Source of the DNA: Planctomycetota bacterium
GTDB taxonomy: Bacteria; Planctomycetota; MHYJ01; WSZJ01
Length of the DNA: 41,688 nucleotides
Direction: 5' to 3'
Assembly (NCBI GenBank): GCA_038060895.1
Contig: JBBTCT010000012.1
Coordinates: 1 to 41,688 of the forward strand
A program made the translations under genes and the position numbers. The notes beneath the pieces were generated by a model. That model was given only the letters and a program-made list of their open reading frames with translations, had not been told where the DNA came from and searched no databases. Below, one piece after another: positions 1 to 15,253 of this stretch. Numbering within the stretch: position 1 is the first letter of the stretch; every line of letters begins with the position of its first letter.

Positions 1-51
<51 letters not shown>

Positions 52-53
52 AT

Positions 54-297
54 GAGTTGAGAGTTCCGGAAGTTGAGTTCCGGGTTCCGCGTTCCGGGTT
101 CCGTGTGGGGTTTTGAGTTTCGAGTTGCGAGTAGTTGAGTGGGTCGCCGGTTGAGAGTTGGTCCCCTCAACGCGCAACTGAACCCCTGACCCGGGACTCA
201 CGAAACAACACGAAACTCGAAACCCCGAACCCCACCCGGAACTCTGAACCCGGAACCCGGAACTCAACTTCCGGAACCCGAAACTCCAAACCCCAAA
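54..297. repeat. Heptamer-based long imperfect palindrome, family A copy 1 (GAGTTCC/GGGTTCC ... GGAACCC/GGAACTC)
   Basis: Left arm GAGTTCCGGAAGTTGAGTTCCGGGTTCC from 61 mirrors right arm GGAACCCGGAACTCAACTTCCGGAACCC ending ~279. Homologous copies at ~32800-33000 and ~35505-35722. Confidence 0.85.
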
Positions 298-303
298 CCG
301 CCC

Positions 304-948
304 TTAGAAGTAACTCCCCTTGCGTACTTCCATCTCCCTGCAGCACGTGTAGTCCGAGCACCTCATGTGCAGGCAGAACCGCACTCCCTTCCCCTCCGCC
401 TTCGCGAGCGCGTCTTCTATGAACTGCAGTTCGTCCCACACCTGCGCCAGGTCGTCGACCATCCCCGGGAAGCGCGGGAGCAGCTCTTCCAGCTTCCACA
501 CCGTTTCAAGCCCGCGCGCCGCGTCGTGCCAGGCGAATTCCTCGCGGTTCAGTTCATCGCCATATCCGAACGCCGACAGCGGCGCCACTCCGTGCGCCAT
601 CGCCGCCTCGTCCAGCGCACGGCAGTTCCGCGCGAGCGCGTGCCCATGGAGCCACGTGCCCGCGTTCCCGAGCGGCTTCTCGAAGTACGGCAGTATCTGC
701 GGCTTCGGGAACGCGTTCGCGAGGGTGGTGATGAACAAAAGGAAGAGCAGGACCGACGCGAGAAGCGCGACGACGGGGCCGGTCCGCAAGTGACCTTCGA
801 TCGAGTTCCAGTAGAAGGCTGCGGCGTAGAGCGGGAGCGCGACGAACGGCAGGCAGCCGATCGAGCAACCGGCCTGCGAAAACAGGATGCCGCCGTACGG
901 CGCGGGGTATCCGCGAAAGTGCTTCGGGCGTGGCGTAGGCTCGGTCAT
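304..948 (-). CDS. Hypothetical membrane protein (two N-terminal hydrophobic segments plus a soluble C-terminal domain)
   Basis: 214-aa ORF with ATG start preceded by GGAG, and plausible composition. No family motif recognised. Confidence 0.7.
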   Translation of the reverse strand: MTEPTPRPKHFRGYPAPYGGILFSQAGCSIGCLPFVALPLYAAAFYWNSIEGHLRTGPVVALLASVLLFLLFITTLANAFPKPQILPYFEKPLGNAGTWLHGHALARNCRALDEAAMAHGVAPLSAFGYGDELNREEFAWHDAARGLETVWKLEELLPRFPGMVDDLAQVWDELQFIEDALAKAEGKGVRFCLHMRCSDYTCCREMEVRKGSYF

Positions 949-1094
949 GGCCCTGCTCCGGGGGCCGGGTTGTCTCTTCGATGCCGCCCGCCCCTGGCGC
1001 TCACATCCGGCGATTAGATCCGCGTCCGATTCTGTGTTCTCGCTGCTTCATGGTGTAAGCTCCCATCGCCGGGGGGACCCTCGAGGAACTCGGC

Positions 1095-4000
1095 ATGCGA
1101 CACCTGAACTGGATTCTGCGTTTCACGGCCGTCCTTTCGCTGGGCCTGCTGATTGCCGTGGGATGCGGCACTTCCTCCGAGGGCCCTCACGGATTGAGCC
1201 AGCCGCCGGGCCCCGCGAAATTCGAAGTCGTGCTGGACGCGCCACTGCAGGCAGTCGCCGGAGCAGAGGTCATTCTGCGCGCGCGCGCGATCGCGCCACG
1301 GGCGGATGGCGGCTTCGACCCGGTCGTGGGGGCATCCGTGGAAGCGGCGCTTTCCGCAAAGGCGCCAGTCGGTCATGCGGCGCGCGGTCTGACCGCGGAA
1401 GATGGATGGACGACGCTTCGAATTGCTGTACCCGCCGACGCGCCGAATCCATGCAAGCTCGGCGTGAGCGTGGAAGCTCGGGGCGAGCGTCGCGAGGCAG
1501 CGTGGCTTCTGATCGTCAGGCGCGACGTGCGCCTGTTGCTGGCGACGGACAAACCGGTCTACCAGCCGGGCCAGACCGTCCGCCTGCGCGCGATGGCACT
1601 TCGCGCCACGGACCTGCGGCCGATGACGGGGGAAGCGACGTTTGAGGCTCGGGACGGGCGGGGAAACCTCGTCATGCGCGAGCCGGTGGTGCTCACGGCG
1701 TACGGGACGGCCTCCTGTGAGCTGCCGATCGCGGAGGCGGTCAACGAGGGCGAGTGGAAGGTCTCGGTGACGGCGGGAGGGGCGACCGCGCACCGGCTTG
1801 TCGGTGTCGCCCGCTACGTGCTTCCGAAATTCAAGGTGGAGGTGAAGACAGAACGAGAAGCCTACCGGCCCGGAGAAACTGTCAAGGGCACGGTCTCGGC
1901 AGTTTATCCGTACGGCGAGCCGGTGGCGAATGCGACGGTAGCGTTGAAGTGGAACCGTTGGGGTGTCGCGCCCGGAGGAGCGTCGAAGACGACGACGGCC
2001 GACGGGACGGCGAGTTTCGAAGTGGCGCTGCCCGTGGAGGCGGATGGCCGGCTGTCGATTGAAGCGACGGTGCGCGATGCGGCCGGGCAGGAGCAGCGGG
2101 CGGCGGCTGTCAGAACGGTGTCGGGAGCGGGGATTTCTCTCGCGCTGGTCGTGCCGGAAGAGCGGCTGGTGCCCGGCGTGGAGAACGAGTTCTTCGTCGT
2201 GGCGCGGACGGCCGCAGGAACGCCGGCCAGGTGCGACGTGACGTTCGCCGGCGAACGGCGCGCGACCGATGATCACGGCGTCGCCCGGTTCCTTTTCTCT
2301 CCGAAGCGAGGCGTAGCCCCGCTGACATGGATGACAGTCTCCGCAGAGGACACTTCGGGAAACAAGGGCAAGCTCGTCGACGTCGTGACGCACCACCCGT
2401 CGCCCTTTGCGATCCTCGCCCGGACGGCCTCGCCGACGGTTCGTCCCGGCGCATCGGTCGAGATCCACATTTCCACCGCGCGTGCCGGCGGGACCGCGAC
2501 GGCCGAGCTGCTGCTCGACGGTGCGCCGCTGTCGACGGCCGTGGTCTCGCTCGCGACCGGTGTGGCCACCGCGACCCTTCCCTGCCCCGGCACGGCTTCG
2601 GGCATCCTTGAAATCCGCGCCACGAGATGGACTGACGGCGGCGACCGGCAGACCAGCCGGCGGCTGGTCCTCGTCGAGTCTGCGGCGGCGCTCCGCGTCC
2701 AGATCGGCGCTCCCCGGGAGACCCTGCGCCCTGGCGCCGACGCTTCCGTCGAGTTCCGTACGCTCGGCCCCGACGGGCACGGCGTGCCGTCCGCGCTCGG
2801 AGTCTCGATCGTGGACGAGAGCGTCCTGCAGCTCGGCGAAGCAGACGAGACTCCGCTAGAGGCACAGTTGCGACTGACAGCACTTCAGCGCGAGGCCGGG
2901 GCGGCGGGATCTCTCGTCGAAAAGGCCCGCACGGCCGTTTCCACGGCGGCGGTCCTCTCGGCGATGGTTCCTGGGTCCAGCCGGACACGAGTGTCTTCGG
3001 TGAAGCGTGCGTGGCGGGATAAGCCTGAAAAGCTGACGCGGCTTCTCAAGCTGCAGGGGACGGCGGAGTCGTGGGACAGCCCATGGGTCGTGCGAGACGG
3101 CGACGGCTATCGATTCACGGAGGATTACGTCCAGCGATTGGGAGATTCCGGCGATGCGGAAGTCACGCGCGACGCGCTGGTCGATCCATGGGGTCGGCCG
3201 ATGACGGCGGCGATGCTCGAGGAGCTCGGCGCTCCCTTCGACGCGGCGTCGCGACTTTCGTTCGCATACGCCGACATGGCGGCCGTGGTCGGAAAGGAGA
3301 TGGACGCGTGGGTCGAGCGTCACGATGTTGTTCTGAAGGGCAGGTTCGTTCCGGGCGCCGTCCGCGCGATCGCCAACGCCGGCGTGTTCAAAAACCACGG
3401 GAACGATCCACTCGGCGAAGAGTGGACGCTCGATCGCCTCGCGGAGGTCGACCCTGCGCTCTCCGTGGAAAACCTGGAGCGATTGACGATCTACCGGCGG
3501 CGCCGGGCCGCCCGCGAGGCGCTCGTCGCGAAGTTCCCGAAAGACGGCCTGGTGCCCGATGGAAGAGGCGGTTGGCGCTTCCGCGACGGCCTCGGCCGGG
3601 AGCTTGACCTGAACCTGAAGCGCCCGGACGGGAGCGAGGACACGCTGGAAAGTCTGGCCTCGACCGATCCGGGTTTCTTCCCGGGTGGGATAGCGTCGCA
3701 GGCAGATCGCATCGGCCGCGAACGGTTCTACAGGATTCTCCTCGCCGCGATTGGCGACGGCGCCCTGAGGCCCGTCCCCGGTCCCGACGGCCTCATGCTC
3801 CCCGCAGATCTGGCGGGAGAACTCGCCCGGGCCGGACGACTCAAGCCTGAAGAAGCGCGCGACCGATTCGGCGTTGCCTACGACCCTGCCATCCTTGCCA
3901 AGTCGGAAGTCCGCTTCCTTCCGGCCCTCCTTGTTTCCGCCGCGGTCTCGGAGCGGATCAGACAGATTGACGCGAAGCACTGCGAGGTGCTGCATCAGAA

Positions 4001-6872
4001 GTTGAATCTGGACGAGTCGCCGCAGGATGCGGTGGAGCAACTCGTGAAACAAGGTGCGCTGGAGGTCTGCGCGACGCTTGACCCGTGGGGACACGCGTTC
4101 CGGCTGGTCCACGGGAAGAACCTGCGGAGAGCACTGAGTTGCGCCCTGCTGAAACAATCCGACGCGGTCTCGGCGGGGCCGGACGGCGCCTTCGGCACGG
4201 CGGACGACCTGGTGTGGGACGGGATTCTGCCCGAGACATACCCGGGCGTAGAGGAGTTCGTCGCGCCTACCGACCTCCGCCCTTTGCCGAGGCCCGCGCG
4301 CTGGGGTGGGCCGCCCGCGTGGATCGTGCAAGGCTCGGCGATCGCATACTCCTCGGGCCTCTTCGAAGAAGAGTCGCCCGGACGACGAGAGCGTTTCAGA
4401 AGCATGCGCGAAGACATGCTCGAGTCTGAAATTCCCTACGACGCCGTTTCCCAGACCCGGGTCGTGGAATTCCCCGACGCAGAGACTTGGGTCGAAGGTC
4501 TCCAGCACCGTTCGGAAATCGATAAATTGCGTCATGAAATGGCGCTCAGGGAAGGGGAGACCCGGGAGAGAGGCAATCCCGTCGGGCCCGAGACCGGTTT
4601 CTACGGTCTGTTCGGCCCGGACAACTCGCGCGAGTTGCGCGGCATCGTCGAGCACCTTGTCGGCGGCAACGAGCTCGACGATTTCACGGTGCCTCCCAGC
4701 CCCGGAAGCGGCGGCTTTTTCGATGGGAGCGTGGAAATCGCCCAGAACGCCGCGATCGCCGACGTCATCGGCGAGTCAGGACTGTTCACCAATGATCAGC
4801 ACGCCCGCCGCGCCGTCCGCCTCCGCCGCCTGTTCCCCGAACTCCTCGCTTGGGAGCCCCTTCTCATCACGGACGACGCCGGCCTCGCACGCCTTCCGGT
4901 GCGCATTGCCGACTCGATCACCACGTGGCGCGTTCGGGCGCGGGGCAACACGCAGAACGGTCTCGTTGGCGAAGGCGAAGGGTCGATATGCGTCTTCCAG
5001 CCGTTCTTCGCCGACCTCGACCTGCCGCCGACGGTGACGCAGGGCGACGAAGTCGCAGTGCCGGCCATGGCTTGGAACTACTCGGATTCGGAGAAGGACG
5101 TCGAACTGCGCGTCGAAGCGGGAGAAGGCGTCGCGCTCCTCGACGCGTCGGCGCAGTCGATCCGCCTCGCCCCTGGCGCGGCCGGATCGGTGCGGTTCCG
5201 CGTGCGCTTCGACCGCCCCGGCCGGGCTTCGTTCACGGTGCGGGCCTCTGCCGGCGCCGCGGCGGACGCGACCCTTCGGGAAACCGACGTCGTCCCTGAC
5301 GGATGGCTCGTGGAGGACGCTATCAACGCGCGGCTCGACAAGCCGCTGCGCACGACGATCGCGATTCCGGCCGATGCTCTCCCCGGCTCCGTCACGGCCC
5401 GGGCGCGCTTCATGCCCGGCGCCATCTCCCAGGTCCTCGAGGGACTCCAGGGACTCGTCCGTCTGCCGCACGGCTGATTCGAGCAGTCGGGCGCCGTCAC
5501 GTGGCCGAACGTGAAGGTGCTCCAGTCGCTGCGGCGGGGCCGCGGCATCAGTGCGAAGCTCGAGGCGGAAGCGCGCCACAACGTAGACACGGGGTATCAG
5601 ATGGCGCTTTCGTTCGAAGGACCGAACGGCGGTTATGCGTGGTACTCCACCCACGTCGAGGACGCGGCGCTGACGGCGATGGCGCTGGAGATGTACGTGG
5701 ACATCGCCCAGGTCCGGCCCGTCGACCCCGCGGCAACCGCGCGGGCGCAGCGCTTCCTGACCGGGTACCTCGCCGATGGGCAGGCGCCGAACGCGGTGCT
5801 GTGCTACGCGGTCCGCGCGCTGACGGACAGCGGGCTCAAGCGAGAGGAGCTGGCGCGGTATGTCGAAGAGATCGTGAAGCGCTTCGGTTCACTGACCGAC
5901 GCCTACGACCTCGCTCAAGCGGCCGCGGCGCTCGTCGTCGCCGCGCCGGACGCGGGCGAGACCGCTGCGGTGCTGAAGCGCCTCGAACGGACCGCAGTCT
6001 CCGATCCCGCCACGGGCTTCGCTCATTGGACGACCGATCGCGAGTCCCTCTTCCACGCCTCGGGGGTCACGGCCGAAATCGAGACGACCGGCGTCGCCGC
6101 AACGGCTCTCCTGCGACGCGACCCCGCGAATGCCACCGCCGCGCTCGCGCTGTCGTGGCTCGCTTCGAAGCGCGGCGCGGACGGCACCTGGGGCTCGACA
6201 GCCGCGACCGTAGCGGCCTTATCGGCGTTCATCGCGGCGGATGCGATGGAAACGGGTGCCGACTGTGAAGCGATCGTGCGTCTGAGGGAGGTCGAACTGC
6301 GCGCTTCCCTGCCTGCGAACGACGACGGAGTGACAAGATTCGCTGATTTCAGCGCTCAATGCCCCCTCCGGCCCGGCGAAAACGACGCTTCGATCTCGGC
6401 CACCGGTTCCTGCGCCGCGCTCGCGCAGCTCATCGTCGGGTATCGCCGCCCCTGGGCCACGAGGCCGGCCGCGCCGGAGAAACGACGCTTGCGGCTCACG
6501 GCGAAGGACGACCGCCAGGCCCTGAAGATCGGCGACACGCTGGTGCGCGACGTGACGGTGTCGTTCGACGAGAAGCGCCCCGCGTTTATGACATGCGTCC
6601 GCGTCGGTGTACCGCCGGGATTTGTTCCCGACATCATGGCGCTCGAGGAACTGGTCCGGTCGAAGACGGTCGATCGATTCGAAACCGGCGCTCGATTCGT
6701 GACGCTCTACCTCGGGGAGACCGAGGGCGGGAAATCGGTTTCGTTAAAGGTGCCGATGCGGGCACGGCTTCCGTTCAAGGGACTGGCCCCCGAGTGCATT
6801 GCCTGGGAATACTACGCGCCCGACGGCCGGGACGAGTTCCCGCCTGTGGCGATCGAGGTCACCGCGCCATAA
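1095..6872 (+). CDS. Alpha-2-macroglobulin family lipoprotein (thioester-protein family), 1925 aa if the in-frame TGA at 5475-5477 is read through; candidate selenoprotein
   Basis: Lipobox LLIAVG-C. MG2-type motif TDKPVYQPGQTVRLR and YVLPKFKV. A2M-domain motifs FPELLAWEP, ADSITTWR and VFQPFFADLDLP. Thioester site reads LPHG*FEQ, followed by TED-like GGYAWY...LTAMAL and GTWGSTAATVAAL, and a C-terminal VPPGF...WEYYAP. ORF 5511..6872 is in the same frame, with no other stop. Family call is confident; read-through is inferred. Confidence 0.85.
5478..5522 (+). promoter_or_regulatory. Candidate bacterial SECIS-like hairpin immediately 3' of the in-frame UGA
   Basis: Manual pairing: UCG(5487-5489)/CGA(5506-5508) plus GCC(5493-5495)/GGC(5503-5505) close the loop GUCACGU, with 18 nt between the UGA and the loop. 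Possible outer pairing GAGCA(5481-5485)/UGCUC(5518-5522). Weak and not computed. Confidence 0.3.
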
Positions 6873-8301
6873 GTCGGATCCGCGCCGCGTACCCGCCGCA
6901 GGTCCACTCCGCGCCGGGGAGGATCTTCATTTCTTCCTCCAGCCGCAGGCCATTTCCATCCCGGATCGCGGCGCGCACCAGCGTCTCGTTCTCTTCGTCC
7001 TCGAGGCTGCACGTCGAATAGACGACGCGCCCGCCCGGTTTCGTCACGGCGACGGCGGCGTCGAGGATGCGGCGCTGGACCCGGGCGAGGACGTGGAGAT
7101 CGCGGTCGCGGAGGCGCCAGCGGGCCTCGACACGGCGGGAGAGGACGCCGGTGTTCGAGCAGGGGACGTCGACGAGGACGGCGTCGAAGACGCGGCCGAA
7201 GGGCGGCTGCTTGGCGTCGGCGAGCGCGAGGACTGCGGAGACGCCGAGCCGCTGGAACGATTTCCCCATGCCTTTGACCTTGCCGATTTCGCTGTCCGCG
7301 GCGACGACGCACGCTCCCGTTTCCGCGATCTGCGCCGATTTGCCGCCGGGCGCGGCGCACAGGTCGCCGACCAGTTCCCCCGCCTTGGCCTGCAGCATCG
7401 GCGCCACGCGCTGCGCCGCATCGTCCTGCACCGCGAACCAGCCGTCCCTGAACGACGCCAGCCGCCCGAGCAGGCCCGTGTGCGCCACGTGCAGCCGCTT
7501 CGCATCGACCTCGACTTTTTCCTCGCGCAGCCGCTCTACCAGCTTCTCCCGCGTCGTCTTCAGCGCGTTGACCCGGATCGACATCGGCGGGTGCCCGTTC
7601 CCCGCTTCCATCGCCCCCACCGTCGCCGCCGCCCCGAACTTCGCCATCCATCGCCGCACCAGCCACACCGGGTGCGACATCATCTGCCCCGCGAACGCCG
7701 CCGGGTCCACCCACGGGTCAGGCCAGAGGTCGCGATCCAGAAACGCCCGCCGGCCTCCGGGGATCGGGATGAGCCTGCGGTGCGGCAGGTCGGGCCAGCG
7801 CGCTTCAAGCACGTCCGACAGCGTCCGCCGCCACTGGCTCTCCACTTCGGGCCCGGGCGAAGCGGTCGCCGGCAAAGCATCGCCTTCGATTTTGACGATC
7901 GCCCTCTGAAGCGCCCGGAGCACGCCGGTCGCGAATCCCGCCGCGCGCTTGTCGCGGTGCCGCTTCGCCTGCTCGGCGGCCTCGTCGAGCGCTGCGTAGG
8001 CGGGGATTTTCTCGAGGAAGAGGAGCTGGCAGGCGGCGAGGCGCAGGATCCAGCGCATGCCGGCTTCCATCTTTTCCGTTTCGGTCTTCGAGAACGCGTC
8101 GAGGACTTTGTCGATCGTTCCGCGGTGCCGGATGGTCGCGTAGACCAGCGCGGTCGCGAGCGAGCGGTCCAGCGCCGTGACGCGGTCGTCCTCGAGCGCC
8201 TTCTCGAGCAGGTCCGACGCGTACTCGCGCTCGCTGTCGGAGTCCAGCAGGACGCGCAGCGCGACGGCCCGCGCGCCGAACGGGGACGGAGGCGCACTCA
8301 C
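6859..8301 (-). CDS. rsmB: 16S rRNA m5C967 methyltransferase RsmB/Sun family, with NusB-like N-terminal domain
   Basis: Motifs DLCAAPGGK, DVPCSNTG, YSTCSL, QDDAAQ and SHPVWLV. N-terminal NusB-like helices (ILRLAACQLLFL). Confidence 0.9.
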   Translation of the reverse strand: MSAPPSPFGARAVALRVLLDSDSEREYASDLLEKALEDDRVTALDRSLATALVYATIRHRGTIDKVLDAFSKTETEKMEAGMRWILRLAACQLLFLEKIPAYAALDEAAEQAKRHRDKRAAGFATGVLRALQRAIVKIEGDALPATASPGPEVESQWRRTLSDVLEARWPDLPHRRLIPIPGGRRAFLDRDLWPDPWVDPAAFAGQMMSHPVWLVRRWMAKFGAAATVGAMEAGNGHPPMSIRVNALKTTREKLVERLREEKVEVDAKRLHVAHTGLLGRLASFRDGWFAVQDDAAQRVAPMLQAKAGELVGDLCAAPGGKSAQIAETGACVVAADSEIGKVKGMGKSFQRLGVSAVLALADAKQPPFGRVFDAVLVDVPCSNTGVLSRRVEARWRLRDRDLHVLARVQRRILDAAVAVTKPGGRVVYSTCSLEDEENETLVRAAIRDGNGLRLEEEMKILPGAEWTCGGYAARIRLMAR

Positions 8302-8948
8302 TTACTCTTGCCGCGCTTCTCTCCGCCCTCAACCGCCTTCGGCGGATTCGACGGCCGCACCGGCACCGCGGAGCGGCGCACGTACTTCGCCACCAGGTCG
8401 GTCTCCAGGTTGACGAGGTCGCCCGGTGTCTTGTCGCCGAGCGTCGTCGCGTTGAGCGTGTGCGGGATCACCGTGCACGTGAACGAATGGTCCAGGACAT
8501 CCACGACCGTCAGGCTGATCCCGTTGATGGCGATGGAGCCCTTCGGCGCAATCTCCTGCATCAGTTCCGGCGGCGCGTGGAACGTGTACAGCAGGTCGCC
8601 GCCCCCGCGCTCCACTTTCTCGATGCGCCCGAGGCCGTCGATGTGCCCGGTCACGAAGTGCCCGCCCATGAGGTCGCCGACGCGAAGCGACCGCTCGGCG
8701 TTGATGGCGTTTTCGACCTTTGCGGAGCGGAGCGTCGTCTTCCGGAGAGTTTCCCCTACGACGTCGAACTCGCACGAGCCGTCGTTGCCCGAGACGACCG
8801 TGAGGCAGACGCCGTCGATGGCGATGCTCTCGCCGATCGCGATGCCCTTCATGTTGTCAGGGGGAAGGGCGACGCCGAGGCGGAGGCGCCCGGCGGTCAT
8901 ATCAACCGCGGTGACCATCCCGACGCACTGGACGAGGCCGGTGAACAT
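8298..8948 (-). CDS. ribE: Riboflavin synthase (alpha chain)
   Basis: N-terminal MFTG, SIAIDGVCLTV, GGHFVTGHIDG, KGSIAINGISLTV and VNLETD. Its stop overlaps the rsmB start. Confidence 0.95.
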   Translation of the reverse strand: MFTGLVQCVGMVTAVDMTAGRLRLGVALPPDNMKGIAIGESIAIDGVCLTVVSGNDGSCEFDVVGETLRKTTLRSAKVENAINAERSLRVGDLMGGHFVTGHIDGLGRIEKVERGGGDLLYTFHAPPELMQEIAPKGSIAINGISLTVVDVLDHSFTCTVIPHTLNATTLGDKTPGDLVNLETDLVAKYVRRSAVPVRPSNPPKAVEGGEKRGKSK

Positions 8949-9007
8949 GCCGCGATGTTAGACTTTGATTGTGCCGGCGTCAAAGTGACGGTGTGCGGCA
9001 AAAGCGG

Positions 9008-9148
9008 GTCGAAGGTCGAGAGTCGAAGGTTGAAGGCTTAAAGCCGACTGCGAAGACCGCCCGTTGGTCCCCAGTACCATTGGCCTCGCATTCAGTCCCC
9101 AGATCCCGCTCGCTCCTGCGCCGTTTCCCTCGACCTTAGACCTTCGCC
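9008..9148. repeat. Heptamer-periodic imperfect palindrome, family D (GTCGAAG ... CTTCGAC-like)
   Basis: GTCGAAG GTCGAGA GTCGAAG GTTGAAG (9008-9035) versus CCTCGAC CTTAGAC CTTCGCC (9128-9148), in the divergent ribE/trmD gap. Confidence 0.6.
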
Positions 9149-9175
9149 CCCCAACACCAGGGCCCGAACCCTCCG

Positions 9176-9850
9176 ATGCTCACCCTCGACATCTTGACCC
9201 TCTTCCCCGAAACCTTCGGCGGCTTTCTCGGCACGAGCATTCTCGGCCTCGCCCGCCAGCGCGGCATCGTGGACGTCCGGCTTCACAATCTCCGCGACTT
9301 CTCCGCCGACAAACACCACAAGGTCGACGACCGCCCCTTCGGCGGCGGCCCCGGCATGCTGATCTGCCCCGAGCCGGTGTTCCGTGCGGTCGAGTGGCTC
9401 GAAGCGCAGGGCTTCCAGGGCCGGAAGATCCTGCTCACGCCCGCCGGCCGCACCTTCGACCAGAAGTTCGCGCAGGAACTGTCGGGCGAGAAGCGGATGC
9501 TGCTGCTCTGCGGGCACTACGAGGGGTTCGACCACCGGATTGTGGAAGGAATGAAATGGGAAGAAGTCAGCGTCGGTGACTACGTCCTGTCGGGAGGCGA
9601 GCCTGCGGCGATGGCGATCGTGGACGCGGTCACCCGTCTCCTCCCCGGCGCGCTCGGTGATCCCGACTCGCCGAAGGAAGAATCGTTCTCCGACGGAAAA
9701 ATCGAGTACCCGCAGTACACGCGGCCGCGCGAGTTCCGGGGGATGAGCGTGCCGGACGTGCTGGTTGGCGGGAACCACGCGGAGATCCGGAAGTGGCGGG
9801 AGGAGGAGTCGAAGCGGCGCACCTCGGCTCGCCGGATCCCTGAACGTTGA
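9176..9850 (+). CDS. trmD: tRNA (guanosine37-N1)-methyltransferase
   Basis: DILTLFPE, VDDRPFGGGPGM, CGHYEGFD, SVGDYVLSGGE, EYPQYTRP and GNHAEIRKWR. Confidence 0.97.
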   Translation: MLTLDILTLFPETFGGFLGTSILGLARQRGIVDVRLHNLRDFSADKHHKVDDRPFGGGPGMLICPEPVFRAVEWLEAQGFQGRKILLTPAGRTFDQKFAQELSGEKRMLLLCGHYEGFDHRIVEGMKWEEVSVGDYVLSGGEPAAMAIVDAVTRLLPGALGDPDSPKEESFSDGKIEYPQYTRPREFRGMSVPDVLVGGNHAEIRKWREEESKRRTSARRIPER

Positions 9851-9969
9851 CCCTGATAGGACCCTGTGATAAAGATAGCGCCCCCATTACCCGGGAAGGG
9901 GGCCCGTATCCCGCACGCGGGTTCCCCGAACTTCCGAACCCCTCGGCTTTTCACACCAAAGGAGCAGGA

Positions 9970-12480
<2,511 letters not shown>

Positions 12481-12533
12481 ACTTCGTGGCCGGCCCGAAG
12501 GCGCAGCCCGTTTCATGCCGCAGAGGAGGTTTC

Positions 12534-15154
<2,621 letters not shown>

Positions 15155-15158
<4 letters not shown>

Positions 15159-15218
15159 GGCAGTAATGAGTGTTGAGGGATGAGTAGGGCGTAGGGGGTA
15201 GTTGGTAGGGGGTAGGAA
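15155..15218 (+). repeat. Heptamer tandem array, family B, one arm only (GTAGGGG/GTAGTTG)
   Basis: GTAGGGC GTAGGGG GTAGTTG GTAGGGG GTAGGAA. Shares the exact 21-mer GTAGTTGGTAGGGGGTAGGAA with the element at 31780-31876. Confidence 0.7.
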
Positions 15219-15253
15219 AGACAGTGCCACTGCGGCGGCTTGCGGGGTGCGGC

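Noticed and set aside
54-297. CRISPR array interpretation of the heptamer repeats (also 32799-33000 and 35505-35722)
   Set aside because: No constant 23-47-nt repeats separated by unique spacers, and no cas genes.
5511-6872. Separate 453-aa gene starting at GTG 5511
   Set aside because: It is in frame with the upstream A2M, starts mid-domain 9 codons after the thioester Gln, and has no clear RBS or signal peptide. Treated as the C-terminal part of one gene.
7700-7900. Insertion in RsmB between the NusB-like and catalytic domains
   Set aside because: This linker region is variable and the catalytic motifs are intact, so it is likely lineage-level variation.
9851-9969. Possible riboswitch or operator upstream of the first hppA (GACCCTG repeated at 11-nt spacing)
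   Set aside because: No Rfam family recognisable by eye, and a two-copy 7-mer is too weak. An Infernal search would be needed.
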